A stretch of 64,000 nucleotides of DNA from an uncultured virus (IMG/VR IMGVR_UViG_3300042864_001264) (Duplodnaviria > Heunggongvirae > Uroviricota > Caudoviricetes): the IMG/VR virus record IMGVR_UViG_3300042864_001264; one strand, given 5' to 3'. Positions 55,272 through 64,000 of this stretch are shown here, in pieces. The notes under the pieces were generated by a model. It made no database searches, had not been told where the DNA came from, and saw only the letters and a program-made list of their open reading frames with translations. The translations under genes were made by a program, and so were the position numbers. Every line of letters begins with the position of its first letter. The stretch's first letter is position 1.

Positions 55272-58200
55272 TACCTGTATCAACCGCTACAAGAGATTTA
55301 TTAAAAAAAGGATATTCTATTTCGACTTCGGCGGGAGCAACAATTGAGTACAACTTAAACTCAATGGTAGAAAATGTATCTGCAACTTCAGATGCAATGA
55401 CAAATAATTATAGCGTGGCATTTAAAAAGCTTTTCCCAATAGATACAATATATAAGCCATTCAGACCACTATCACCAGGAATTAAATATTTAGTGCATAC
55501 AACTAATAGCACAGATACCCCTAAAGATTCTTTTGAAAACCCTAGAGATGTGTCATTAGGAACAAAGCCTAGGCTGTACTATCCTGGCCCAGACATTGTG
55601 TATAAATATTGGTTGGCACCAAAAGATACTAATATTAATATATCTGTAAACTATTTTGTAGATGATACTGTTACATCTGAACCTAAGATAATACCTGTTA
55701 ACAAAATTATTGCAAGATTTGAAACAAATCATGACAAACCAACTTCGTGGACCATAACTGGAGTTAAGCCAGACAACACAACAATATCTGTAACTGGTAC
55801 AACACTTAATTCAAATGGAGAAGCAGTAATATACTACAACGGATCCACATGGTCTACAACAGAGCCAGCAACTTACACTACTACTCAAAACCTAAAAAGA
55901 ATATCTTTATCCGCTGTAAACTCAAAGACTGGAAAATTTATTGGAGTTATTGAGTTTAGTCCTAGGTGGGTTATAAATGTTGATTCTGACATTATGTCAT
56001 TTTTGGTCAATAAAGAAACAACATCAGATGATACATCAATTGTCCCAGTTGGAATAATTACAGCAAACTATTTAAATATGTTTATATCTAAGCCGCATAC
56101 AACTTCCAGGTCAATTGTTGAGTATGATAGGAATGCAGCAATTGATAGTACTAAAATTTATTTATTAAAAAATGCATTAATTAAGCCATATATAAATGTT
56201 GGAGATGGAGCAACATCTCAAAAGGTTCCTCAAGGATCATTCTACGTAAATACATGGTCATTATCAGAATTTGGAGAAGCTTCAATAGATGCTACAGATG
56301 CTGCAAAAATATTGCAAGATACATTATGCCCACAGTTGCTAGTACAAGACTCACCAATAACTTCAATTATAAAAAGAATATTAGACTCAATTGGATTTTC
56401 TACATATAAAATTAACGTTAAGACGGTAGATGGTAAAGTTGATGATGACTCCATTCCTTCCCTGTCTTACTGGTGGTCTGACGGAGATAAGACAGTGTGG
56501 GATGTTTTACAAGAATTATGTAGAGACATACAGATGAATGCTTTTGTAGATGAATATAATACACTAAACTTTTACAGCAGAAATTTTATATATGATAAAA
56601 CAAGAGAGCCATCGTGGACATTTACAAGCGAAAATATAAATGTTAACTCTGTGCTAGATTATGCCCCTAACATACAATCATTATCAACTAAAGAACTTTT
56701 TTCTGCAAACCAAGTAAGGGTTAGATACTCTACTGCATTTACAGCATCTAATACTGAGTCATCATCCCCACTTTGGAAATCAGATACATCATTTCTTGGA
56801 GCTGGAGCATTAACAAAAAAAATTGATCTTTCTAGCACAGACTTTTCGCTTCAGCCTAGCGTAGTTAATTCTGATAGAACAGATAGAATACTTGATCAGT
56901 TTAGCGGATATGTTTTAATTAACGGCGAAATTATTGAATATGATGGAGTATATTATCAGTATGTTCCAGTAAACGGAACTACTCCAATAGAAGTATTAAT
57001 TAAAAGCCAATCCGATATTTGGAAATACTCAGCATTGGCAAAACCAGGTTATAAGAATTTTCAACCAACTAACAGATATAGTATTAAAACAAGAGGTGCA
57101 TTATCAACATCTAAATCAGTTCATGAAGTTGCTCCAGATTCTTATATAAATAAAGCAGGAGAGAATGATACAAATAAATTTAATAAATATTCAATCACAT
57201 TAGCAACACCAGATATAGCAAAAGATAAGCCAGGTTCGGGTAATTACTTTATTCCAACTGGAAGTACAAGTAAAGGAATTAGAAAAGGGTTTTTAGCTAT
57301 TTCTAATCTAGACCAAAATAAAAAAAGTTTTGATATTGCAATTAAAAAATTTGAATCAATAGCACCCTCTGGCCCTTATTTTTCATTTGGCACTAGAATG
57401 TTTTTTGAAAGTCAGCTTAATACACCAGAGCAGGTAGGGGGAATAGGATTCTGTTTAGATTCTGACGGTAAAAATGGATATTATTTGCTAGTAAGAACAA
57501 CTGCATATGCAGAGCTACAAAAAGATATAATGCTAGTAAAAGTTCAAAATGGAAGACTTACTGTTTTAAAAGATAGCCAGCAAAGCTCCACAAAAACACT
57601 AGCTGGAATATATGCTGGCGTTTCTTATAATATTGATATTTTACTTAAGCCTTCGGAGCCACTGCCTGGGGGAGCATTTAAAAATATAATTACAGTATTT
57701 ATTAATGGATATAAAATAACAGCGGTAGATTCAGGATATGACGGTCCAAGCATTTACGTACCACCGATATCAATAACAAAAAATGTCGGTGTTCATTGCG
57801 GTCAAGGAGTTGCATATTTTGAATACCTTTATGCTAAAACAATTCCACAAGCAGTTTATGAGAAAAATAGCAAGGCAATTATATATGAATATAATGGCGT
57901 ATATTCAGATGACACTGTCTCAATGCTGTATGGAGATATTATATATAATGATGGAGAATCAGTTTCTGACAACACTGGCCCAGTATTTGAATTTGGAACT
58001 ACGGCCAGAGAGATTAAAAAAACAAAAATATCATATGAAGATAGACCAGCCATACCAATTACTTTTAGAACATCTTTAAATAAATATGTAACTGTATTAG
58101 ATCAGAGATTACAGCCATTTGGAGCAGAGAGCTATGTTCTAAATAACACATCTACTACAGTAGCTCTAGATGATAATAATAATACAAGCTTTTATGTTTT

Positions 58201-58537
58201 AGGTAACTCAATTCAAAGATCGGGAGTTATAGACTATGATACAGACCAGTCTACAGATTCTTCAAATAAAGAGTCCGTAGTATTTGACTCAGTATGGATT
58301 CAAAGAGAGCAAGACGCTAAAGCTCTTGCTGAATGGATTAAGTCCAATGTATTAAATAAAGGAAGATTTGTAGACATGACGGTCTTCGGTAACCCAATAA
58401 TTTCGGCTGGAGATATAGTTAGAATTAACTATCCAATACTAGGTATGGATACAGCAACTAATAAATATATAGTTACAAAATGCACCCTAGAATATAGAGA
58501 GGGGCTTACCACAACAATTGCATGTAGAGCAATCTAA
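55268..58537 (+). CDS. Tail tip/hub minor tail protein
   Basis: Position; TVWDVLQEL..FVDEY..LNF hub motif; C-terminal GNP.I..GD.V.I. Confidence 0.75.
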   Translation: MIPVSTATRDLLKKGYSISTSAGATIEYNLNSMVENVSATSDAMTNNYSVAFKKLFPIDTIYKPFRPLSPGIKYLVHTTNSTDTPKDSFENPRDVSLGTKPRLYYPGPDIVYKYWLAPKDTNINISVNYFVDDTVTSEPKIIPVNKIIARFETNHDKPTSWTITGVKPDNTTISVTGTTLNSNGEAVIYYNGSTWSTTEPATYTTTQNLKRISLSAVNSKTGKFIGVIEFSPRWVINVDSDIMSFLVNKETTSDDTSIVPVGIITANYLNMFISKPHTTSRSIVEYDRNAAIDSTKIYLLKNALIKPYINVGDGATSQKVPQGSFYVNTWSLSEFGEASIDATDAAKILQDTLCPQLLVQDSPITSIIKRILDSIGFSTYKINVKTVDGKVDDDSIPSLSYWWSDGDKTVWDVLQELCRDIQMNAFVDEYNTLNFYSRNFIYDKTREPSWTFTSENINVNSVLDYAPNIQSLSTKELFSANQVRVRYSTAFTASNTESSSPLWKSDTSFLGAGALTKKIDLSSTDFSLQPSVVNSDRTDRILDQFSGYVLINGEIIEYDGVYYQYVPVNGTTPIEVLIKSQSDIWKYSALAKPGYKNFQPTNRYSIKTRGALSTSKSVHEVAPDSYINKAGENDTNKFNKYSITLATPDIAKDKPGSGNYFIPTGSTSKGIRKGFLAISNLDQNKKSFDIAIKKFESIAPSGPYFSFGTRMFFESQLNTPEQVGGIGFCLDSDGKNGYYLLVRTTAYAELQKDIMLVKVQNGRLTVLKDSQQSSTKTLAGIYAGVSYNIDILLKPSEPLPGGAFKNIITVFINGYKITAVDSGYDGPSIYVPPISITKNVGVHCGQGVAYFEYLYAKTIPQAVYEKNSKAIIYEYNGVYSDDTVSMLYGDIIYNDGESVSDNTGPVFEFGTTAREIKKTKISYEDRPAIPITFRTSLNKYVTVLDQRLQPFGAESYVLNNTSTTVALDDNNNTSFYVLGNSIQRSGVIDYDTDQSTDSSNKESVVFDSVWIQREQDAKALAEWIKSNVLNKGRFVDMTVFGNPIISAGDIVRINYPILGMDTATNKYIVTKCTLEYREGLTTTIACRAI

Positions 58538-58560
58538 AGGCATAATGGTATAATAAATAA

Positions 58561-58887
58561 ATGGGAATTCAAGCAGGTAAAACGGTAGTACTATATGACG
58601 ATGACCCACGCCTTGCCGATGTGTGGAAAGGCAACACTGGAGAAACCAAGTCCAGGACTGAATCTGGAGACGGCGGCGGCGGAGACGGCGGCGGTGGAGA
58701 CGGCGGAGATGGCCCTACAAGACCACAGCTTAACGATATAATACTAAAAGGATTTGAAACATATAATGATTCAAATGGCATGCAAAAGCAAAAAGCAAAG
58801 TTTAGAATTTATAACTCAAGCAAGCAAGAAATAGATGGCTTCTTATTTGCTTTGACCATATCTGATACTCAAGGAGGAAGAGCATGA
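58561..58887 (+). CDS. Small tail-associated protein with a Gly/Asp linker
   Basis: ORF track; GDGGGG repeats. Confidence 0.6.
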   Translation: MGIQAGKTVVLYDDDPRLADVWKGNTGETKSRTESGDGGGGDGGGGDGGDGPTRPQLNDIILKGFETYNDSNGMQKQKAKFRIYNSSKQEIDGFLFALTISDTQGGRA

Positions 58888-59744
58888 TAACAAAGTTTGG
58901 AAAAAGATTCTTGACCAACTTTATAGCTGGTAACTCATCTCTTTCGTCAAAAGAAATGGCTATAGGAATTGCAACTTCAACAGAGTATCCTCTTGCAGAT
59001 ACTAACTCAAGACTAGGATTTGAATTCTATAGAATTCCAATTAGGCAGGGCGGAATAGATATTGATGCAACCTCATCACCAACAAAGTACACAGTAATAT
59101 TTTCTGCAACTCTTCCTACAAACATAGCAGGAAAAATTAACGAGATAGGAATATATTCTGGACAATCTTCTACCAGAAATATTTACGATAGTAAGTTCCT
59201 TTCAAATTTTGAATTGCCATACCAATGGACTCCAGAGCCAGAATTAGATCAGGTAAATAGCAGAGTATTAGATAGCTCTTTGACATTTACTTCAAACTCA
59301 ACATCTCCAAGGGAGTACACTTACCCAATACTTGACTTGGATATCTCTGGATATAATCCACTTGATACAATGTGTCTTTCATACAGGGCAAATGACGCAA
59401 ACCTGTCTTCTGTGAAAGCAAGACTATACAGCTCTGATTCAGACTATATGGAGTTTACTTTTACAGGGCATTCTGTAGGAAACAATATAAAGTCTTTATA
59501 TATGTCTCAAGGTGTTACTACTGGTACATTTAATTCACAAGGTATAAATAAGCTTGGAATAATAATTACTCCAACCACTTCTGCAACTTCAGTATCTATG
59601 GACGGGCTAAGAATAAATGATGAGGACACTTTTGACCCAGACTATGGATTAATTGCTAGATCTATATTAGACTCAACAATGGTTAAAGTAATTGGAAGAG
59701 AAGCAGCAATAGAGTTTAAACTAGATTTATCGTTTGGTAGCTAG
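58884..59744 (+). CDS. Minor tail protein
   Basis: MITKFGKRF...L.FEFYR.P...INEIGIY pattern. Confidence 0.65.
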   Translation: MITKFGKRFLTNFIAGNSSLSSKEMAIGIATSTEYPLADTNSRLGFEFYRIPIRQGGIDIDATSSPTKYTVIFSATLPTNIAGKINEIGIYSGQSSTRNIYDSKFLSNFELPYQWTPEPELDQVNSRVLDSSLTFTSNSTSPREYTYPILDLDISGYNPLDTMCLSYRANDANLSSVKARLYSSDSDYMEFTFTGHSVGNNIKSLYMSQGVTTGTFNSQGINKLGIIITPTTSATSVSMDGLRINDEDTFDPDYGLIARSILDSTMVKVIGREAAIEFKLDLSFGS

Positions 59745-59745
59745 C

Positions 59746-62700
59746 ATGTCTGAGCAATATAAAGATTTAGGAATTACTCAAAGTAAAGACGGAGACTATT
59801 GGGATATAGTCATTCCAGATTTAGACTTTGATACAGACTATGCTTTACAAGCAGGATGGGTCTATACAGATAAGTCAAAAGGAACAAGTGAGTTATCAGA
59901 TAGATTTAATTTTACAACTGATGATCAGGTAGGACTGCTTGCACCTCAATTTACATTAAACGATTTATCTGCCGAAGGCTCCATACTTTATATAAACTGG
60001 AACGGAAAAGATTCTAGCGGACTTGAATATCCCAGCTCTATTTTAAAACAGGTAAACGTATGGATTAAAGGTGGAGACTTCGGAACTGAATTTAAGCAGT
60101 ATGGAACATCTTTTACAAAAGCTGGTCTTATACAGATTAATGCAACAAAAAAAGCTACCTATTGTGTAAAGCTACAGGCGGAAACAAAGCTAAATAAATT
60201 CTCTTCATTCTCAAGCTCATTTTGTGTAACAATGTTAAGAGAGCCAAAGGCTGTATATGACATTAGACATCAGTGGGATAATGTAGGCAACTTGTCAGTA
60301 TTTTGGAAGTTTGATCCAACATTCAAAGATGATAATTTTGACAATACACTTGCAGACTCGTTTGGATTGCAGATGCTCGATACTGCAAATGATACTGATG
60401 CTACATGGTGGACATCTGTAGAAAAAACTAAGTTGCCTCCACTTGAGCAAAAAATAACAATTTCTGTAAACCAGCTTCAAAAAGTATTTGGTCAGTCTAC
60501 AGCATTTGAAATTGACTACGACACATTTATATATGTAAGAGATAAAAATTTACAAACAAGCTTAGTAACTGGCTACTTGCTCACAAAATATTCAGATCCT
60601 CTTACTGCTCCATCTATATCTGCAGTAAAGTCACCAATGGCATACAATGTTTCATATACAGCCAATTCACTTTTTGATAAAATATACGTAGAAGACAGCA
60701 CAAATAACGGAGCAACATGGAATGTTGTTGCTGTTACTTCGTCTAACCCAGCCTATATTGCTACTACCAATTCACTAGAAAGAATGGTTAGGGCTAAGTT
60801 TTCAAAGAGGCTGGGTGGGTTTACTGGGTATAGCAATATTGTAACAGTTACACCAGACAAGATAGATCCAACAGATACAACAGCACCAGCAAATCCTACA
60901 GATGTTTCAGCAACAGCAACAGTTGATGCAAAAGACGGAACTGGATTTAGTGTTCAGGCAACAATATCTTTTACAAAATCTCCTGACTCAGATTGTCGTG
61001 GATATAGAGTAAGATGGACAACTCAAACAGAAAATCCTATTTATGAATATGGATATATTGATAATCCATCAAGTGGAACAACAGTTTCTTTTACTGTATC
61101 GGGACTAATACCTAATACAACATATTACTATCAAGTAGCATCTGTTGATCAGTTTAATAACACTCAGTCTTATACAACAGCAGGAACGTTTACAGCACAA
61201 GACAGCATTGCAACTGCTGAAGGCTCTCTTGCCAGATTAAAATCTTTTATATCAATTGGTGGTGCAACAGGAAACCTGTTTAAGCTTGGAACTGGAATAT
61301 TAGATTCAATTAATACAAGTACAACAATAACTCCATCAATTACCGCTGCCCCACTCACTGGTTATCATGGAATACTTCTTAATAAGACTGGAAATAAAAA
61401 TAACTTTTGGCTAACAACTGGTCAAATAAGAGTTGGTACCGATACACAGTTTATGTATTTTGATGGGGAAGATCTTTACTTAACGGGAGACATTAATGCA
61501 AGATCTGGATCTATAACTGGAAACCTAACCATGACTGGCGGAGGGTCTGTTATTGCCAAGACTACATCTAATGCGCTAAATAAGGTTACACTCAGCCACC
61601 TAGGACTATTTGCATATGATGCCGCAGGTACAGAAACAACACAAATTATTTCAAATGCTGCAATAGGAGCTCCAACCTTTACAACAGTAAAAGCTTTAAT
61701 AGGAAACTGGACAGTCGGAACAAATACAATATCTGCAGGCGGAGTCACATTAAACTCGTTGGGATCTATAGTAGCAACAAATAGCGGATCATATGTAGGA
61801 ATAAGACCACGCACTAGCTCTGGAACAGATGTTGTTCTATGGGCAGGAAATACAGAGTCTCCAGCAGCAAATAGTGCTGCATCAGGTCAGGCAGGATTTC
61901 AAGTAAACGCTAATGGACAGATGTATGCCACAGGAGCAATAATATCTGGTATTGTTACATTAGAATCTGGGTCCTCACTTGGTGGATTAGTTCCAGACTC
62001 ATCTAAGGTTTATTATTCAGCGACAGCACCGACCCCACCTACTGGCGGTCATAAAGAGGGAGATGCCTGGGTTGATACAGCAAACGGGAATCGCATAAAT
62101 GTTTGGAATGGAACTGCCTGGGTAATAGCACAAGATTCTGAAGCTGTAAAAGCAACTGTAGCACAAAAAAATAAAACAACCTATGGAGCAACACAGCCTT
62201 CTAGTCCTGTAATGGGAGACATCTGGTTCGATACTAATACTGGAATAAACTATTTTAAAGTTTATAACGGCTCAGCGTGGGTCAGAATGAAAGACTCAGA
62301 TATTACCGACGCTCAGGAGCTTGCCGCAGCCGCACAGTCTTCTGCAGATTCAAAAGCACAAACTACATACGGAACAACAGAGCCAACCTCTCCAAAAGCT
62401 GGAGATATTTGGTTTGATACAAATTTTGGATACTTTAAAAGATACAGCGGAACAGCTTGGGTACGAATGAAGGATGCAGACATTACAGCTGCTCAAGAAG
62501 CTGCTGCTAATGCCGCAACTAACGCAGGGCAAGCATTGCTTAAAGCATCAGCATTTGGAGTAGATGGATCTCTTGTATCAAGTTTAGGGGTAAAGCTAAA
62601 TAACGGAGGCTCTATATATTCAACCTATACTCAGGGCGCAACAACATTTGCTAAGACGTCATATTCAAGCACAACACCAGGCTATTTTATTGGATGGGAA

Positions 62701-63375
62701 AATCAATCAGGAGTAATTTATCCAGCGTTTAATGTAGGTAATGATGCTGCATATGTTAGATACTCAAACTATACTCAGTCTCTTGAAGTAAAAGGTAATA
62801 TTGTTAATGGTGGAGACTACTGGAATGGGAATGGATCATTTCAGTTTGGAGGACCAGCGGGAATAACAAAAGGCACATCAGGTAAAGTAACAGTTGGATC
62901 AGATGTTATAGTTCAGGGAGACATTACAGCTAAGGCGCTGCTTTCTGTAAATGGCACCAAGACAGTTGATATAAATAATGCTACAATTACATTGAAAGAT
63001 ACAGGCTCTGATTTTGGTTCATTTGGGGCTATGTATATATATAACAATAACTTTGCTGACACAGCTTCATTTGGAGCAACTGGCATTAGCATGAGTCAAG
63101 GTTTACAAACTTATGCACAATTTTGGAATGGAACCGATTATAAGTTTGCAGTAGGTTCTGGGAACTCAATAACTATTGAGTCAAATGGTGGAGGCGGAGG
63201 CACTGCACGGCCAATATATTTAAATGGAGTTGTTCAAATGGTTTTTGGTATAGGGCCAACAACAGTAGTCCAAGCAACTGGAACCGATCAATTTACAAGA
63301 GCATTAAGAAATATAACAGTAGCAACTGTTGCGCCATCAGGCGGCATACAGGGAGACATCTGGATACAGATATAG
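59746..63375 (+). CDS. Tail fibre/central tail protein with FN3 domains
   Basis: FN3 motif GLIPNTTYYYQVASVD and three P...GD.W.DT...Y.G.AW repeats; likely start MSEQY. Confidence 0.75.
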   Translation: MSEQYKDLGITQSKDGDYWDIVIPDLDFDTDYALQAGWVYTDKSKGTSELSDRFNFTTDDQVGLLAPQFTLNDLSAEGSILYINWNGKDSSGLEYPSSILKQVNVWIKGGDFGTEFKQYGTSFTKAGLIQINATKKATYCVKLQAETKLNKFSSFSSSFCVTMLREPKAVYDIRHQWDNVGNLSVFWKFDPTFKDDNFDNTLADSFGLQMLDTANDTDATWWTSVEKTKLPPLEQKITISVNQLQKVFGQSTAFEIDYDTFIYVRDKNLQTSLVTGYLLTKYSDPLTAPSISAVKSPMAYNVSYTANSLFDKIYVEDSTNNGATWNVVAVTSSNPAYIATTNSLERMVRAKFSKRLGGFTGYSNIVTVTPDKIDPTDTTAPANPTDVSATATVDAKDGTGFSVQATISFTKSPDSDCRGYRVRWTTQTENPIYEYGYIDNPSSGTTVSFTVSGLIPNTTYYYQVASVDQFNNTQSYTTAGTFTAQDSIATAEGSLARLKSFISIGGATGNLFKLGTGILDSINTSTTITPSITAAPLTGYHGILLNKTGNKNNFWLTTGQIRVGTDTQFMYFDGEDLYLTGDINARSGSITGNLTMTGGGSVIAKTTSNALNKVTLSHLGLFAYDAAGTETTQIISNAAIGAPTFTTVKALIGNWTVGTNTISAGGVTLNSLGSIVATNSGSYVGIRPRTSSGTDVVLWAGNTESPAANSAASGQAGFQVNANGQMYATGAIISGIVTLESGSSLGGLVPDSSKVYYSATAPTPPTGGHKEGDAWVDTANGNRINVWNGTAWVIAQDSEAVKATVAQKNKTTYGATQPSSPVMGDIWFDTNTGINYFKVYNGSAWVRMKDSDITDAQELAAAAQSSADSKAQTTYGTTEPTSPKAGDIWFDTNFGYFKRYSGTAWVRMKDADITAAQEAAANAATNAGQALLKASAFGVDGSLVSSLGVKLNNGGSIYSTYTQGATTFAKTSYSSTTPGYFIGWENQSGVIYPAFNVGNDAAYVRYSNYTQSLEVKGNIVNGGDYWNGNGSFQFGGPAGITKGTSGKVTVGSDVIVQGDITAKALLSVNGTKTVDINNATITLKDTGSDFGSFGAMYIYNNNFADTASFGATGISMSQGLQTYAQFWNGTDYKFAVGSGNSITIESNGGGGGTARPIYLNGVVQMVFGIGPTTVVQATGTDQFTRALRNITVATVAPSGGIQGDIWIQI

Positions 63376-63383
63376 GATAGTTT

Positions 63384-64000
63384 ATGCCATCAGATATATA
63401 TGCAAAAACGTCAAGCGGCTGGTCTGGAGCTGTAAAAAAGATATATGCAAAAACAGGATCAAGCTGGTCAGCAGCAGCCAGATTTGTCTATGCCTATATA
63501 AATAGTGGTTGGACAAGAGTATGGCCGCTTTCTGGAATATATTCAACAACAAGTCCTTTTGTATCAAGAACAAATTCTTCTTCAGAATTAAGTTACGGAA
63601 CGGTACTAAGAGTTGGGTCAACAATTAGAGGTAATAGGGGAACATGGAACCCTAATGGATATACCATATCTTCATATGAATATAAATGGAGGGCATACAC
63701 TACCGAAACTGGATTAGGAACTCAATACGACTCAGGGCTCTCAACCCTTTCTGGTACTACCAATGATCAATTAATAGATGGAACAAGTTTTGATAGAGGA
63801 TGGCTAACTTTTTTTGTTAGGGCAAAGGCATCTGGAGGATCTGCATATGACGGATCCGATGAATCTTTAAGGTACTACGTTGTCAGACAAAGGCCACGCA
63901 TATCTATTGGCACAACACCGTCATTTAATAATAATTCTCCAAAAGTTGATGATGTCATGTCGTACTCCTCTTCATGGGATACATCAGATGCATATTTGCC
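63384..64000 (+). CDS. Tail-associated protein, partial
   Basis: ATG 63384, MPSDIYAKTSSGWSGAVKKIYAKTGSSW...; the frame appears open to the window end. Confidence 0.65.
   Translation, partial: MPSDIYAKTSSGWSGAVKKIYAKTGSSWSAAARFVYAYINSGWTRVWPLSGIYSTTSPFVSRTNSSSELSYGTVLRVGSTIRGNRGTWNPNGYTISSYEYKWRAYTTETGLGTQYDSGLSTLSGTTNDQLIDGTSFDRGWLTFFVRAKASGGSAYDGSDESLRYYVVRQRPRISIGTTPSFNNNSPKVDDVMSYSSSWDTSDAYL

Noticed and set aside
58666..58712. GGCGGCGGCGGAGAC GC-rich repeat as a regulatory or mobile element
   Set aside because: It is explained as an in-frame Gly/Asp linker.
18132..62532. Numerous minus-strand and alternate-frame ORFs overlapping structural genes (e.g. 23457..23972, 24770..25036, 44370..45038)
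   Set aside because: These are shadows of codon-biased or repetitive plus-strand genes, with no SD sites or recognisable motifs.
1..64000. Alternative genetic code
   Set aside because: Long genes are intact under code 11, and TAA, TAG and TGA all serve as stops.

Overview
The window is part of a large tailed dsDNA phage genome, probably a siphovirus of an actinobacterial host. The host inference rests on GAAAGG Shine-Dalgarno sites, apparently leaderless starts and actinobacterial regulatory motifs. Bases 1 to ~10.4 kb form a leftward early/host-takeover region of small genes and a tRNA-Asp. Its spacers are densely written with regulatory DNA: 15 copies of TGTCAG-N10-TAnnnT (the RecA-NDp/PafBC promoter architecture), 13 CRP/GlxR-type TGTGA-N6-TCACA boxes, DnaA boxes, GACAC(GCC) motifs, a six-copy fixed-geometry ~60-bp element and a covarying 27-nt pseudoknot. 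Bases 10.5-17 kb hold JmjC, sulfotransferase and 2OG oxygenase genes, two candidate ncRNAs, a transglycosylase, a class II RNR and a holin-like gene. Bases 17-34 kb hold fibre/decoration proteins, then an FN3 + (PPGFFA)n + Hint-domain protein followed by a GNAT and a battery of prolyl-hydroxylase-like 2OG-Fe(II) oxygenases, a candidate virion-peptide modification system. Bases 34-64 kb hold portal, protease/scaffold, capsid, neck, tail tube, a -1 frameshifted tail chaperone, a 3791-aa tape measure protein with embedded kinase-like, metallopeptidase and GNAT modules, and tail-tip proteins. All calls come from reading the sequence by eye; no searches were run.
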